Counted from the first letter of the stretch, positions 49,279 through 61,215 are shown. The stretch: DNA of 64,000 bases from Myxococcales bacterium (GCA_043747615.1 JAYTOU010000066.1:1-64000); one strand, 5' to 3'. Made by a program: numbers and translations. Notes: generated by a model from the sequence alone, not told the origin.

Positions 49279-49896
49279 ATGACGAAAAAAGCGACGTTTT
49301 CCGGGGTTGCCATGGCGCTTCTGGCCATGGTTTTCGCATTCCTTTCGTTTGGCGCGCAGGGCTGCCAAAAATATGATCAGCTGATCGAGGCCGATCAGCA
49401 GGCAGATGCAAAGTGGGCCGACGTCGAAGCTCAGCTGCAGCGCCGCTACGATCTCGTTCCCAACCTCGTCGCCACGGTAAAGGGCTCCGCCAAGCACGAG
49501 GAAGACACCTTGCAAAAGGTGGCCGAGGCGCGCGCCTCCGCGACGAGCATCAAGCTCTCCGCCGAAGACCTCCAGGACCCGGCAAAAATGGCTGCCTTTC
49601 AGAAGGCCCAGGACAACCTGAAGGGCTCTCTCTCGCGCTTGATGATGGTCCAGGAGCAGTATCCCGACCTCAAAGCCAACGCGGCGTTCCACGATCTGCA
49701 GGTGCAGCTCGAGGGCACCGAGAACCGTATCTTGCGGTCACGCGAGCAGTACAACGACGCAGTCCGCGCCTACAACTCGGAGCTCGGGAAGATCAGCGGC
49801 GCCGCGGTGAATCGCGTGACCGGCAAGACCTTCAAGCCGCGGGTGTATTTCCAGGCGACCGCGGGGTCGGAGGTTGCACCCAAAGTTTCGCTCTGA
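49279..49896 (+). CDS. lemA: LemA family protein
   Basis: QRRYDLVPNLV..VKG, EQYPDLKAN, LEGTENRI..R..YN. Confidence 0.95.
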   Translation: MTKKATFSGVAMALLAMVFAFLSFGAQGCQKYDQLIEADQQADAKWADVEAQLQRRYDLVPNLVATVKGSAKHEEDTLQKVAEARASATSIKLSAEDLQDPAKMAAFQKAQDNLKGSLSRLMMVQEQYPDLKANAAFHDLQVQLEGTENRILRSREQYNDAVRAYNSELGKISGAAVNRVTGKTFKPRVYFQATAGSEVAPKVSL

Positions 49897-49899
49897 CCG

Positions 49900-50691
49900 A
49901 TGACGCACGGCCGCGCACTCCTTCGAGCGCTCGCCCTCCTCGGCGGGCTTGTCGTCTTCCTGTTCGGACGGGCTGCGTTTGCGTTCACGCCGCCGCCGAT
50001 GGACGTCGGTCCCGACGGCTTCACGCTGCCGGTTACCGACACGGCCGGGAAGCTGACAGAGTCGGATCGAGCTTTTCTCAACGACAAGATCGCGCGCTAC
50101 AAAGCTCAGAGCCACAACGAGATCACCGTCTTCGTCACGAAATCCCTCGACGGCGAAGACATTGCGGATGTGGCGTACGCGGTGGTTCGCGCCTGGAAAT
50201 TGGCCCCCAAGGGCTCGGACGCAGGCGTCCTTCTCGTCATCGCTCCGAACGAACGCAAAGTTCGAATCGAGACGGCGAAGGGTGTCGGCGGGCAGCTCAC
50301 CGACCTTCAGGCGAACGACATCATTCGCTCGCGCATCTCCCCGCACCTAAAAGAGGATCGCTTTCGTGAAGCGATCTCGGACGGCGTGGACGGCATCACC
50401 GCTTCGCTCGGCGGGGGCGATCCGACAGCTCCTCAGGAGCCTTCGACGCAGCCGGCTCGCGTTCAATCCATTTCCGGTTGCGCTTCGTTCGTCCTGCCCA
50501 TAATCGTCCTCATCATCATCCTCCTCATCGTTCGGCGGCGCGGCGGAGGGGGCGGAGGAGGCTTCTTCATGGGTGGCGGAGGCTTCGGCGGTGGCTTTGG
50601 CGGCGGCGGCTCGGGTGGCGGCGGGGGCGGCGGAGACTGGGGCGGCGGCGGCGGCGATTGGGGCGGCGGCGGCTCGAGCGATAGTTACTAA
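49900..50691 (+). CDS. TPM domain (YgcG-like) protein with Gly-rich tail
   Basis: VTDTAGKL, SLDGEDI, GVLLVIA..ERKVRIE; follows lemA. Confidence 0.9.
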   Translation: MTHGRALLRALALLGGLVVFLFGRAAFAFTPPPMDVGPDGFTLPVTDTAGKLTESDRAFLNDKIARYKAQSHNEITVFVTKSLDGEDIADVAYAVVRAWKLAPKGSDAGVLLVIAPNERKVRIETAKGVGGQLTDLQANDIIRSRISPHLKEDRFREAISDGVDGITASLGGGDPTAPQEPSTQPARVQSISGCASFVLPIIVLIIILLIVRRRGGGGGGGFFMGGGGFGGGFGGGGSGGGGGGGDWGGGGGDWGGGGSSDSY

Positions 50692-50725
50692 ATCATTCAC
50701 ACCGCTGCGACGACTGCCGGGCCGC

Positions 50726-50965
50726 CTAATCGTTCGGCTCGAAGCGGGGATCGTTCGTAAGGTCGGCGACCACGACCTCGCGCTCCACTTTGCCCTTCTT
50801 CGCCGTGGGCTGAGCGTCGATTGGACCGCTGTCATCCTTGCGCGTGCGGCTACGATCCGTCGGCCGGATGGTCGGGGCCTCGTACCTTTTTCGGACGCGC
50901 TGAGAGTGAGCGGGGGGCATCGACGAGACTGCCGGGATCTTCACTGTGGGTTTCGCGCTCATCAC
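50726..50965 (-). CDS. Possible small hypothetical protein (79 aa)
   Basis: High GC3; ends VVADLTNDPRFEPND; overlaps the tail of the upstream gene. Confidence 0.45.
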   Translation of the reverse strand: MMSAKPTVKIPAVSSMPPAHSQRVRKRYEAPTIRPTDRSRTRKDDSGPIDAQPTAKKGKVEREVVVADLTNDPRFEPND

Positions 50966-52757
50966 GTACAGACGGTCGGCTCAGCCGTGCGATAAGGGCG
51001 AAGAGCACCACCACGGCGAATCCTTCGATCGGAGACCGCTCCGTTCGCGGCGAGGCAATGCAACCGGCGCACCCGCGAGAACGCTTCTGGGACGTTTTTC
51101 CCTCGATGATGTCCGCGAGATCCCGCCGGGCCACGAGCCACGCCGCACCCCGTTCGGGCCACGCGACGCGTTCGCCGGCAACGGCGAGGGCACGGGGAAT
51201 CATGCGGGCCACGATCGCGTCCGCTGCGTCGGCGTCTGTCTGGCGTGCGAGGGCAATGTAGGCAGCATCCTCGATTCCGCGACGTACGTTCTTCAATCGC
51301 ACCGAAGCGAGCACCTCCGCCATCCGCTCGTCATGCATGCCGGGCGTCGTTTGCGTCCCCGGGTAGACGAGAATTCCGTCACCGTTTGCGTAGTCGCCGT
51401 CCTGGTTGTGGAAGGTCTCGGCGACCTCGAAGGGATCGAATCCGCGAACGCCGCCCTTGCCGCCTTTGTTGTCGTCGAGCCAGAAAGTCGACTCCCAGTA
51501 GAACCAGCGAGGGACTTTGTAGCGCGCCGAAATCCAGCCGTTTGCTCGGAGATCCGTGGCCGGTACGTCGAGCATCATCGGTCCCGCGCTGGGCCGAATG
51601 CCGTTGTAGACCCAGATCCATTTTCCGTCGGCGGCGGCCGGCGCGACCTCCTTTGGATGGAACGCATCGCTGGTCATCATGACGAGATCCGCCCCCTGCC
51701 CGGACGGCGGATCGCTGCACGTGACTCCCACCCGAACGCCGCGCGCACGCGGCTCTTCGCGGAGAGCCTTCAGCCACTCTCGACCGCGGGGGCTCGCGCA
51801 CTTCTCGTCGACGGCGTAGACGAACGACTGCGTTCGCTCGAAGATGCCGCGCTCGCGGAGATGGTCGGCGATCGACCGGACCGCGTTCACGCTCTCTTTA
51901 TTTGGATCGCCGAACGCGCCGTACGCACCAAGCGCAACGACGCCTTCGCCGACACCGAGGCCGGGCCCTTCGTAGCCTTTTTCCCCTGTAAAAAGCGCTC
52001 CCGATAGCGCCTCGTCGTCGAGCGTCATCGCGGACGTGCTCGTGATCTCGTGGATCGCGCTCACGCGATGGGCGTGAAACATCTGTCGGAGTGAGCGCTC
52101 GGCGCGGCGATCGCCCATGCGTTTCTCGAGCGTCAAGGGATCGTAGTAGACCATCGTTGCCGCGCCGGGATACGGCAGCGCACGATCGATCACGCGGAGG
52201 CGCACCGTGCGCGTGGCAACGAGCTCGTCATCGACCAGGAGCGTGAGGGGCGCGACGTACGTCCCTGCGGCTGCGTCCGGCGGGATCGTGATGTCGACCC
52301 ACACCGCGGCCCGCTCGTTGGGGCCGGCGGAGGCATTCCCGGGGACGAGTGGGTCGGCGAAGAACCCCAGAAACGCGTCGCGTGCGGGGGCTGATTGAGC
52401 CGTAAACGCAAGCGATCCTGCTTCGTGCTCATTTCCGCTTGGACGCTTGATCTCGATGAAACGCTCCGCGAAGAGCTCGACCCGCGCGCGCGAATTCCCC
52501 AGCGGGCCGAGCGCTGCGTACACCGATCTCATCGCGCGCGCGGCGGGCTCGACCACCACTTGAATGGCCACGGTCTCGTCCCTCATAGCGAAGAGCTCGA
52601 CGTCGACCGGCTCGGGCCAGGGGCTCGGCGGCAGGGCGCGTGCGGGATCTCGCGCTAGTTTTTCTCCATCGTCGAGGATCGTGACCCGCGACGCGCGCGC
52701 GAGGCCAGCCGACAAAAATAGGGCAACGATGCCCGCTGCGATGACGACGGGTCTCAC
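50850..52757 (-). CDS. DUF4091 / GH123-like exported protein with MYXO-CTERM-like sorting signal
   Basis: GTG start coupled to the upstream stop; signal peptide; NGDGILVYPG..SVRLKNVRRGIED; GCAGC + TM + basic residues. Confidence 0.75.
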   Translation of the reverse strand: MRPVVIAAGIVALFLSAGLARASRVTILDDGEKLARDPARALPPSPWPEPVDVELFAMRDETVAIQVVVEPAARAMRSVYAALGPLGNSRARVELFAERFIEIKRPSGNEHEAGSLAFTAQSAPARDAFLGFFADPLVPGNASAGPNERAAVWVDITIPPDAAAGTYVAPLTLLVDDELVATRTVRLRVIDRALPYPGAATMVYYDPLTLEKRMGDRRAERSLRQMFHAHRVSAIHEITSTSAMTLDDEALSGALFTGEKGYEGPGLGVGEGVVALGAYGAFGDPNKESVNAVRSIADHLRERGIFERTQSFVYAVDEKCASPRGREWLKALREEPRARGVRVGVTCSDPPSGQGADLVMMTSDAFHPKEVAPAAADGKWIWVYNGIRPSAGPMMLDVPATDLRANGWISARYKVPRWFYWESTFWLDDNKGGKGGVRGFDPFEVAETFHNQDGDYANGDGILVYPGTQTTPGMHDERMAEVLASVRLKNVRRGIEDAAYIALARQTDADAADAIVARMIPRALAVAGERVAWPERGAAWLVARRDLADIIEGKTSQKRSRGCAGCIASPRTERSPIEGFAVVVLFALIARLSRPSVRDERETHSEDPGSLVDAPRSLSARPKKVRGPDHPADGS

Positions 52758-53752
52758 CGAAGCAGCCTGAGAAGCTCCGGGGCGAGCGCGTCCTCGGCGG
52801 GCGCGTTCAGGAGGAGCGGAGACATCGACGCGCTCGACAGCGTGTGCCAGTAGAGGATCGTCCTCGCCTGACCGGCGGCAACGAGATCGAGCGCGGCGGC
52901 AAACGCCTTCGCCGTGTAGGTCGGATCGAGGGTGAGCCCTACCGAGGACGCCACGTCGATCGCGCGCTCGCCCCACGGCGTTTGGTGTCCATACCCCGCT
53001 CCGATGTAGCCCTGGTCGATCACGAGGCGCCCCGGGGGAAGATCGCGCACCGGTCCGTCGCTCCGTTCGAGGCAGCGCCAAGCAATGATGCGCGCGGTGA
53101 GCGCGATGGCCCACGGGGGATCCGTTACGCACACCGCGATCACCCTTGTTTTCAGGCCTGCGAGCGCAAGACCGGCGGCGAGCCCACCCGCGGTCCCCCC
53201 CGATCCGAGCGTCACCACGGCGACATCGGGCTCTGGCATTTCTCCGCGCCGAACTTGAGCGGCGAGCTCACGCCCCGCCTCCACATAGCCCATCGCGCCG
53301 GTGACGCTCGATCCGCCGACCGGAACGTAGTACGCGCCGCGCGCCATGCGACCGGCGATGGCCCAGGCAGCCGCCGCGTACGAGCCAACGGGATACGGGT
53401 GAAGGTGGTAGGCGAGATCCGCGCGCACATTCTGGACGACGTGCGGAGTGCGCGGCTGCGGGACGAGGACCGCTTCCACCTCGAAGCCCGCTTGCGCCCC
53501 GAAGATCGCCGTCGCGAGGACGTGATGACTCCCCACCGCCCCCACGGTCACCAGGCGTGAAGCCCCCTTCTTTCGCGCTTCCACGAGGATTCGCTCCAGC
53601 TTGCGAACCTTGTTTCCGCCGTAAAGGGGGTGGGTCAGGTCGTCGCGCTTCACCCAAAGGGCGGATCCCGGGCGGCTCAGCTGCTTGAGGGGCTCGAGCG
53701 GAGTCGGATAAGTGCCGACGAGAATGGAGGGGGTCGCAGTCTTTGGATCCAC
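52754..53752 (-). CDS. PLP-dependent D-cysteine desulfhydrase / ACC deaminase family protein
   Basis: WVKRDD..YGGNKVRKL, PVGGS, GSGGT, LDPTYTAK. Confidence 0.9.
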   Translation of the reverse strand: MDPKTATPSILVGTYPTPLEPLKQLSRPGSALWVKRDDLTHPLYGGNKVRKLERILVEARKKGASRLVTVGAVGSHHVLATAIFGAQAGFEVEAVLVPQPRTPHVVQNVRADLAYHLHPYPVGSYAAAAWAIAGRMARGAYYVPVGGSSVTGAMGYVEAGRELAAQVRRGEMPEPDVAVVTLGSGGTAGGLAAGLALAGLKTRVIAVCVTDPPWAIALTARIIAWRCLERSDGPVRDLPPGRLVIDQGYIGAGYGHQTPWGERAIDVASSVGLTLDPTYTAKAFAAALDLVAAGQARTILYWHTLSSASMSPLLLNAPAEDALAPELLRLLR

Positions 53753-53777
53753 GAAACCTTGCCGAAACGGAACGTAA

Positions 53778-54158
<381 letters not shown>

Positions 54159-54164
54159 AAGAGG

Positions 54165-55589
54165 ATGGAAGCCATGAAACCGAAGGACGTGATTGATCTC
54201 GCGAAGAAGCACGACGTGAAGTTCGTCGACCTCAAATTCATCGATCTGCCCGGGGTCTGGCAGCACACGACCATCCCGGTCCAGCGCCTCGATGACACGC
54301 TCTTCGAAGACGGCATTGGCTTCGACGGATCCTCGATCCGCGGATGGCAGCCGATCAACGCGTCGGACATGCTCATCATCCCCGACGCCGAGTCCGCCAA
54401 GATCGATCCGTTCTACGCCCATTCCACCGTCAGCCTCGTATGCTCGGTCTACGATCCGATCACCAAGCAGGCTTACTCGCGCGACCCGCGGCACATCGCA
54501 AAAAAAGCGGAGGCGTACCTCCGTCAGACCGGGATCGCCGACACCTGCTTCATGGGTCCCGAAGCAGAATTCTTCATCTTCGACGACGTGCGATTCGATC
54601 ACTCGAAGCCTAACGAAGGCTTTTATTACCTCGATAGCGTCGAGGGCGCGTGGAACAGCGGGCGCGAAGAGTTCCCGAATCTTGGCTACAAAACCCGCCA
54701 TAAAGAAGGCTATTTCCCGTGTCCTCCCACGGACACCCTCGCCAACATCCGCGCCGAGATGATGCTCGCTCTCATGGAGAGCGGTATCGAGATCGAGGTC
54801 GGTCACCACGAAGTCGCTTCCGGCGGTCAGTGCGAAATCGGCATGAAGTTCAATCGCCTCCTCCCCTGCGCCGATCAGCTCATGTGGTTCAAGTACGTCG
54901 TCAAGAACGTTGCCCGTCGCAACGGCAAGACGGCGACGTTCATGCCGAAGCCGCTCTTCGGTGACAACGGATCGGGGATGCACGTGCACCAGTCGCTCTG
55001 GAAAGAGGGCAAGCCCCTCTTCGGAGGAGACGGCTACGCCGGCCTCAGCGAGATGGCGCTCCACTACATCGGCGGCATCATCAAGCACGCCAAGTCTCTC
55101 GCCGCGCTCACCAACCCGACCACGAACTCCTACCGGCGGCTCGTGCCCGGCTTCGAAGCGCCCGTGAATTTGGCGTATTCCAGCCGCAATCGCTCGGCGT
55201 CGGTGCGCATTCCGATCACCGGCCCGTCCCCGAAGACGCGCCGCATCGAAGTTCGTTTCCCGGATCCGAGCTGCAATCCGTACCTCGCCTTCAGCGCCAT
55301 GATGATGGCCGGGCTCGACGGAATTCAGAATAAGATCCACCCGGGCGATCCCATGGACAAGGACATCTACGCCCTTTCGCCCGAGGAGCTGAAGGACATC
55401 CCGCACATGCCGGGCAGCCTCGAAGAAGCCCTAGATTCGCTCGAGCGCGATCACGAGTTCCTCTTGCGTGGAGACGTGTTCACCAAAGACGCGATCACCG
55501 AGTGGGTCGATTACAAGCGGACGAAAGAGCTGAATCCGATCCGCATGCGGCCCACGCCTCACGAGTTCGTCCTCTATTATGACATCTGA
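54165..55589 (+). CDS. glnA: Glutamine synthetase type I
   Basis: [37 protein letters not shown] adenylylation site. Confidence 0.98.
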   Translation: MEAMKPKDVIDLAKKHDVKFVDLKFIDLPGVWQHTTIPVQRLDDTLFEDGIGFDGSSIRGWQPINASDMLIIPDAESAKIDPFYAHSTVSLVCSVYDPITKQAYSRDPRHIAKKAEAYLRQTGIADTCFMGPEAEFFIFDDVRFDHSKPNEGFYYLDSVEGAWNSGREEFPNLGYKTRHKEGYFPCPPTDTLANIRAEMMLALMESGIEIEVGHHEVASGGQCEIGMKFNRLLPCADQLMWFKYVVKNVARRNGKTATFMPKPLFGDNGSGMHVHQSLWKEGKPLFGGDGYAGLSEMALHYIGGIIKHAKSLAALTNPTTNSYRRLVPGFEAPVNLAYSSRNRSASVRIPITGPSPKTRRIEVRFPDPSCNPYLAFSAMMMAGLDGIQNKIHPGDPMDKDIYALSPEELKDIPHMPGSLEEALDSLERDHEFLLRGDVFTKDAITEWVDYKRTKELNPIRMRPTPHEFVLYYDI

Positions 55590-55590
55590 A

Positions 55591-56778
55591 ATGGACGACT
55601 ACGATCGCGAATCGGTCGAGCTGCACGCGCGCACTCACGGGAAGCTCAGTGTGGTCAGCCGCGTGCCGCTCGTCACGCGAAAGGACTTGAGCCTTGCGTA
55701 CACGCCCGGCGTCGCGCAGGTGTGTCTGGAGATCGCCAGAGATCCGCGCCTCGCTCATTCCCTCACGCTCAAGCACAACACGGTGGCGGTGGTGAGCGAT
55801 GGCTCCGCGATCCTGGGCATCGGAAATCTCGGTGCCATGGCCGCGATTCCGGTGATGGAAGGCAAGGCGGTCCTCTTCAAAGAGTTCGCGGGCGTCGATG
55901 CCTTTCCAATTTGTGTCGCCACGCAGGACGCGCAGGAGATCATCCGCATCGTGCGCGCGATCGCCCCTGTTTTCGGGGGCATCAACCTCGAGGACATCTC
56001 GTCGCCGCGCTGCTTCGAAGTCGAAGCGGGTCTTCAAGACATTGGCATTCCGGTGTTCCATGACGATCAGCACGGCACAGCGGTAGTCGTCGCAGCAGCG
56101 CTCTTGAACGCCCTGAAGGTCACCGGGAAGGATCTTGCGACGTGCCGCGTCGTGTTCAACGGAAGCGGAGCCTCGGCGATCGCGTGCGCGCGCCTCCTCA
56201 TGTCGTTCGGTGAGCTGGGCATCATGCCCAAGCTGGGCGACCTCATCATGTGCGACTCGAAGGGGATCGTTCATCTCGGGCGCAACGATCTCAACGGCCA
56301 CAAGCGCGAGCTCGCCGAGCACGGCAACAAGGAGAACCGCACCGGAACGCTCAGCGACGCCTTGGTCGGTGCCGACGTCTTCATCGGTCTGTCGCAGGGG
56401 AACCTGGTCGTGCCGGACATGATCCGTTTGATGAACAAAGCGCCGATCGTTTTTCCGATGGCCAATCCCACCCCAGAGATCATGCCGGATCTGGCTCTCG
56501 CCGCCGGAGCCGCAGTGATCGGAACCGGGCGCAGCGATTTTCCCAACCAGATAAACAACGTCCTCGCCTTCCCCGGAATTTTTCGAGGCGCGCTCGATGC
56601 CGGGGCGATCACCATCAACGCTCAGATGAAAATCGCGGCCGCGTGCGCGCTCGCCGACTACGTGACGGCGCCATCCACGGATCACATTCTGCCCGATCCG
56701 CTCGATCGCAAGGTGGCGTACGTGGTGGCCGAAAGCGTGGCCGCGGCCGCCAAGCAGTCTGGGGTCTGTCGAGCTTGA
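55591..56778 (+). CDS. NAD(P)-dependent malic enzyme (short form, no PTA domain)
   Basis: [41 protein letters not shown]. Confidence 0.95.
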   Translation: MDDYDRESVELHARTHGKLSVVSRVPLVTRKDLSLAYTPGVAQVCLEIARDPRLAHSLTLKHNTVAVVSDGSAILGIGNLGAMAAIPVMEGKAVLFKEFAGVDAFPICVATQDAQEIIRIVRAIAPVFGGINLEDISSPRCFEVEAGLQDIGIPVFHDDQHGTAVVVAAALLNALKVTGKDLATCRVVFNGSGASAIACARLLMSFGELGIMPKLGDLIMCDSKGIVHLGRNDLNGHKRELAEHGNKENRTGTLSDALVGADVFIGLSQGNLVVPDMIRLMNKAPIVFPMANPTPEIMPDLALAAGAAVIGTGRSDFPNQINNVLAFPGIFRGALDAGAITINAQMKIAAACALADYVTAPSTDHILPDPLDRKVAYVVAESVAAAAKQSGVCRA

Positions 56779-57857
56779 GCGACTACCTCAATCTTTTCGA
56801 GCTGGAAGCCATCGCCAAGGCGAAGCTCGACGAGGCGGCATTCGGGTACTATGCGAGTGGAGCGAACGACGAGATATCGCTGCGCGACAACCGGGCGGCG
56901 TTCGAGCGGATCAAGCTGTTTTACAGGGTCCTCGTAGATGTGAGCACGCGCGATCTCGCGACGACGGTCCTCGGGTATCCGGTGTCGATGCCGGTGCTCG
57001 TCGCACCGACTGCCTTCCACAAGATGGCTCACCCCGATGGCGAGGCAGCGACGGCGCGCGCGGCGGGGGCGGCGAAGACCATCATGATGTTGAGCTCGCT
57101 TTCGAACACGGACGTCGAAGACGTGGTGCAAGCGGCGAGCTCGCCGATTTTTTTCCAGCTCTACGTCTACCGCGATCGCAAGGCCACCGAGGCGCTCATC
57201 GCCCGGGTAGAAGCCGCTGGGTGCCGCGCCCTCGTGCTCACCGTCGACGCGCCGCTCCTCGGGCGTCGGGAACGCGACGTGCGAAACCGCTTCTGTCTTC
57301 CCGCGGGGCTCTCCGTGAAAAATTTGGTCTCCGAGGGGTACGGGGACGTTCCAGCCCACACCAACGACTCCGGTTTGGCGGCCTACTTTGCCTCGCTTCT
57401 CGACCCCTCGCTCACCTGGAAAGATCTGGCGTGGCTCCGCTCACTCACCAAGCTTCCGGTGATCGTGAAGGGCATCGTGCGCGCCGACGATGCGCGGCGA
57501 GCCGTAGATTGCGGGGCCTCGGCGATCGTCGTCTCGAACCACGGAGGGCGGCAGCTCGATACGTCGCCGGCCACCATCGACGCCCTTCCCGCGATCGCCG
57601 ACGCCGTGGGAAAGAGCACCGAGCTCCTTCTGGATGGAGGCATCCGGAGGGGCACCGACGTGATCAAGGCCGTTGCCTTGGGCGCGCGAGCGGTGCTCGT
57701 GGGGAGGCCCGTTCTGTGGGGTCTTGCGGCAGATGGCGAGCGCGGTGTCTCGCGAATGCTCGGCATTCTCCGCGAAGAGCTGGACCTCGCGATGGCTCTC
57801 CTGGGCGCTTGCCGAATGACGGAGATTGGTCGCGATCTTTTAGATGGAAGAGCGTAA
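56775..57857 (+). CDS. FMN-dependent alpha-hydroxy acid oxidase (glycolate/lactate oxidase family)
   Basis: TTG start overlaps the upstream [29 protein letters not shown]. Confidence 0.95.
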   Translation: MSDYLNLFELEAIAKAKLDEAAFGYYASGANDEISLRDNRAAFERIKLFYRVLVDVSTRDLATTVLGYPVSMPVLVAPTAFHKMAHPDGEAATARAAGAAKTIMMLSSLSNTDVEDVVQAASSPIFFQLYVYRDRKATEALIARVEAAGCRALVLTVDAPLLGRRERDVRNRFCLPAGLSVKNLVSEGYGDVPAHTNDSGLAAYFASLLDPSLTWKDLAWLRSLTKLPVIVKGIVRADDARRAVDCGASAIVVSNHGGRQLDTSPATIDALPAIADAVGKSTELLLDGGIRRGTDVIKAVALGARAVLVGRPVLWGLAADGERGVSRMLGILREELDLAMALLGACRMTEIGRDLLDGRA

Positions 57858-57883
57858 ATTTAGCTTCCACAAGGAGCTCTCCC

Positions 57884-58891
57884 ATGGCGGCAAACCTACT
57901 CGACCAACTGAAATCGATGACCGTGGTGGTCGCCGACACGGGCGACATCAACTCGATTCAAAAATTTCGCCCGCGTGATGCGACGACGAATCCGTCGCTG
58001 ATCGCCACTGCGGCGGCGATGCCGGAGTACGCGCCCATCGTCGACGGTGCGCTCGCGTGGGCCCGCAAAGAAGCGGGGGCGGCGGCAAAAACGCCGGCCA
58101 TCGTCGGCAAAGCCATGGACCGTCTCTCCGTCGAATTTGGTCTAAAAATCCTGGGGATCGTCCCCAAGCGCGTCTCTACCGAGGTGGACGCGCGGCTCTC
58201 TTTCGACACGCAGGCGACCGTGGAAAAAGCGCGCTCGCTCATCAAGCAGTACGAGGCGGCGCTACCGAACGCGCGCGATCGAGTTCTCATCAAGATCGCC
58301 TCCACGTGGGAAGGCATTCGCGCAGCGGAGGTCCTCGAGAAGGAGGGCATCCACTGCAACCTCACGCTCCTCTTCGGGATGCACCAGGCAGTGGCCTGCG
58401 CGGAAGCGGGTGCCACGCTGATTTCTCCGTTCGTGGGGCGCATTCTCGACTGGCACAAGAAGGCCACCGGCAAGACCGAGTACGCGCCGGCGGAAGATCC
58501 GGGGGTGGTCAGCGTGACTGCAATCTACAACTATTACAAAAAGTACGGCTGGAAGACCGAGGTCATGGGGGCGAGCTTCCGCAACGTCGGTGAGATCACC
58601 GAGCTTGCTGGTTGCGACCTTCTCACCATCGCGCCGAATCTCTTGGCCGAGCTCGAGAAGTCGACGGCGGAGCTCCCGCGCAAGCTGGATCCGAAGAAGG
58701 CCGCGACGATGAACATCCCGAAGATCGCGATGGACGAGGCCACTTTCCGCAAGATGCACGACGCCGATCAGATGGCGAAGGACAAGCTCGAGGAGGGCAT
58801 CGCCGGCTTTAGCAAAGCTCTCGTCGCCCTTGAAAAACAGCTGGGCGAGAGGCTTGCCGCGCTTGCCGGCGAGGAAACCGTCGACGCTTGA
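57884..58891 (+). CDS. tal: Transaldolase
   Basis: [39 protein letters not shown]. Confidence 0.97.
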   Translation: MAANLLDQLKSMTVVVADTGDINSIQKFRPRDATTNPSLIATAAAMPEYAPIVDGALAWARKEAGAAAKTPAIVGKAMDRLSVEFGLKILGIVPKRVSTEVDARLSFDTQATVEKARSLIKQYEAALPNARDRVLIKIASTWEGIRAAEVLEKEGIHCNLTLLFGMHQAVACAEAGATLISPFVGRILDWHKKATGKTEYAPAEDPGVVSVTAIYNYYKKYGWKTEVMGASFRNVGEITELAGCDLLTIAPNLLAELEKSTAELPRKLDPKKAATMNIPKIAMDEATFRKMHDADQMAKDKLEEGIAGFSKALVALEKQLGERLAALAGEETVDA

Positions 58892-58928
58892 CGGGAATCG
58901 AGCGGCTCGTCTCTTCTCGATCAAAGGC

Positions 58929-58955
58929 TCGCCGCCCTGTCCGTGAGGGCGGCGA
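58929..58955. terminator. GC hairpin between convergent tal and metK
   Basis: tcgccgccct-gtccgtg-agggcggcga perfect 10-bp stem; no clear U-tract. Confidence 0.5.
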
Positions 58956-58964
58956 AGCGAGAGA

Positions 58965-60263
58965 CTACGCCGTCGCGCTGATCGACTTCGACTTCTTCTT
59001 CTTGCTCTTTTTCTTGTCGGCCTTCTTGGCGTCGCCGTTGCCATTGCCGTTCGCGTGCACGCGGTTGCCGTTCGAAGAGACCTCGATCAGCTTGCCCTTG
59101 ATCTTACCGCCGAGGAGATCCGCTGCCATTTGCTCGGCGCGGTTCACCGCTTCCCAGGAGAAGCCGGTCCGACCGAAGTGCCCGTACGCCGCGGTGGCCT
59201 TGTAGATCGGCGCAAGGAGGCCGAGCTCATCGATGAGGTTTTTCGGGCGCATGTCGAAATGCTCGAGGATGTATTTCCCGAGCTTCTCATCGCTGACTTT
59301 CCCGGTGCCGAAGGTGTTCACGTAAACGCCAACGGGCTTCGCGACGCCGATGGCGTAAGCGACCTGCACTTCGCACCTTCGCGCGAGCTTGGCGGCGACC
59401 ACGTTCTTCGCGACGTAGCGCGCGTAGTAGCAAGCCGAGCGATCGACCTTTGACGGGTCTTTCCCAGAGAACGCACCGCCGCCGTGACGACCCATGCCGC
59501 CGTAGGTGTCGACGATGATCTTGCGGCCGGTGAGCCCGCAATCTCCGAGGGGGCCGCCGATGACGAAGCGCCCAGTCGGATTCACGTGGAACTTGGTGTT
59601 CTTGTCGATCAGCTTCTTCGGGATCACCTTTTCGATCACGAGCTCGATGATCGCTTCGCGAAGCGACTTCTGCTTCACGCTTTCGTTGTGCTGCGAGCTG
59701 ACGACGATGGCGTCGATGCGCACCGGGGTGTTGTCCTCGTACTCGAGGGTGACCTGGGTTTTTCCGTCGGGGCGGAGGAAATTCACCTTGCCGAGCTTGC
59801 GCACCGTCGCGAGCTGGAGGGCAAGCTGGTGCGCGTAGTCGATCGGCGCGGGCATGAGGTTCGGAGTCTCGTCGCACGCGAATCCGAACATGAGACCCTG
59901 ATCGCCGGCGCCTTGCTCTTTGTAAAGTCCTTCGCCCTCGCTCACGCCTTGAGAAATATCGGGGCTCTGTTTTTCGATCGCGCAGAGGACGGCGCACGTG
60001 TTGGCGTCGAAGCCCATCTCCGAGTTGGTGTAGCCAATCTCGCGGACGGTATCGCGTACGATGACGGGGATATCGACCCACGCCGTGGTGGTGATTTCAC
60101 CGGCGACGACGACCATGCCGGTTTTCGCGAGCGATTCGCAGGCCACGCGGGCCTTCGGGTCTTGGGCGAGGATACCGTCGAGAATTGCGTCGGAAATGGC
60201 GTCGCAAACCTTGTCCGGATGACCTTCGGTGACCGACTCGGAGGTGAATTGATAGCGTGACAT
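58965..60263 (-). CDS. metK: S-adenosylmethionine synthetase
   Basis: [38 protein letters not shown]. Confidence 0.98.
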   Translation of the reverse strand: MSRYQFTSESVTEGHPDKVCDAISDAILDGILAQDPKARVACESLAKTGMVVVAGEITTTAWVDIPVIVRDTVREIGYTNSEMGFDANTCAVLCAIEKQSPDISQGVSEGEGLYKEQGAGDQGLMFGFACDETPNLMPAPIDYAHQLALQLATVRKLGKVNFLRPDGKTQVTLEYEDNTPVRIDAIVVSSQHNESVKQKSLREAIIELVIEKVIPKKLIDKNTKFHVNPTGRFVIGGPLGDCGLTGRKIIVDTYGGMGRHGGGAFSGKDPSKVDRSACYYARYVAKNVVAAKLARRCEVQVAYAIGVAKPVGVYVNTFGTGKVSDEKLGKYILEHFDMRPKNLIDELGLLAPIYKATAAYGHFGRTGFSWEAVNRAEQMAADLLGGKIKGKLIEVSSNGNRVHANGNGNGDAKKADKKKSKKKKSKSISATA

Positions 60264-60363
60264 CGTGCTCCTCGAAATTTTAGGATTGTACTGCGGTTAA
60301 CGCACTTCAGGGGGGCGGGAGCATAGCGCGGGCGAAGGCCAGCCGCCGGTGAAAACGTCGGAC

Positions 60364-61215
60364 TTAGGGTTTGCTTGGCAGAGCGGCGGGAATCCGGACG
60401 CTCTCGCGCCGCGACTCGATCATGACCTCCGCGCCGGGATGCCCCGCGATCGCTAGCGTGGCCGGCGGCTCGAACGTGAGGGGAGAATCCGGGCCGCCCA
60501 CCTGGCCGTAAAACCGCGCCGCGACCCGAGTCATGCGTGCGTCCCCGAGCTCTTCCCAGATCTTGCGCCAGGTGCACGCCTCACGGAGGGCGGTGACGAA
60601 GGTCTCGGCGTTCTTGAAGTTCATGGTGTGCCGCACGACCGTGTGGCGGACCATCGTCAGCCCGGACTCGTCGAACATCTGACCCATCGAATCGCGCTCC
60701 GACAAGATGCGCGGGCTCGGTGGAACGTACTCGGGCTCGATGTGCTGGAGGCATCGCGAGATGCGCTCGAACGGATCGTCTTCTTCCGGAGGCCCCCAGG
60801 TGATGATCCCCACCTTGCCATTCGGAGCGAGGCACTCTCGCCACGACGAAAGAACGGCCTTTCGATCGGGGAGCTGCCACAAACCGAACGCGCAGATGAT
60901 CACGTCCCAAGGACCGCCGCTCGCATCGAGGGCGTCTGCATGTTCGCAGCGAACGTTGGTGAACCCGGCTTGTTGGACGGCCGCCTCACAGATCTTGACC
61001 ATCTCGCCGCTCGCATCGATCGCCCGGACCGTGCCCGTTTCACCTGTGGCGCGGGCCACGGAGAGCACTTCCGTTCCCGGACCTGCGCACGCGACGAGCA
61101 CACGCTGCCCCTGTTCGATCTTGAGCTCACGGACGAGGTCGAGCTGGTAGGGCACGAAGCGGGGCACCCATTCGTCGACGTACCCTTTTGCAGCTCGGTC
61201 CCACGGGGTCGCCAT
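60364..61215 (-). CDS. Class I SAM-dependent methyltransferase
   Basis: VLVACAGPG (degenerate motif I), AIDASGEM, WDVI, LAPNG. Confidence 0.85.
   Translation of the reverse strand: MATPWDRAAKGYVDEWVPRFVPYQLDLVRELKIEQGQRVLVACAGPGTEVLSVARATGETGTVRAIDASGEMVKICEAAVQQAGFTNVRCEHADALDASGGPWDVIICAFGLWQLPDRKAVLSSWRECLAPNGKVGIITWGPPEEDDPFERISRCLQHIEPEYVPPSPRILSERDSMGQMFDESGLTMVRHTVVRHTMNFKNAETFVTALREACTWRKIWEELGDARMTRVAARFYGQVGGPDSPLTFEPPATLAIAGHPGAEVMIESRRESVRIPAALPSKP

Noticed and set aside
49074..49328. 84-aa minus-strand ORF as a type I toxin partner of the hairpin
   Set aside because: Not hydrophobic, atypical codon usage, overlaps the lemA start, no clear RBS
50536..50680. (GGC)n-rich tract
   Set aside because: Encodes the ordinary Gly-rich tail of TPM/YgcG proteins
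50850..53132. Track start sites giving long N-terminal extensions (also 9402, 19958, 29902, 56250, 57221, 61913)
   Set aside because: Extensions overlap neighbouring genes or promoters; downstream starts match signal peptides, RBS or stop/start coupling
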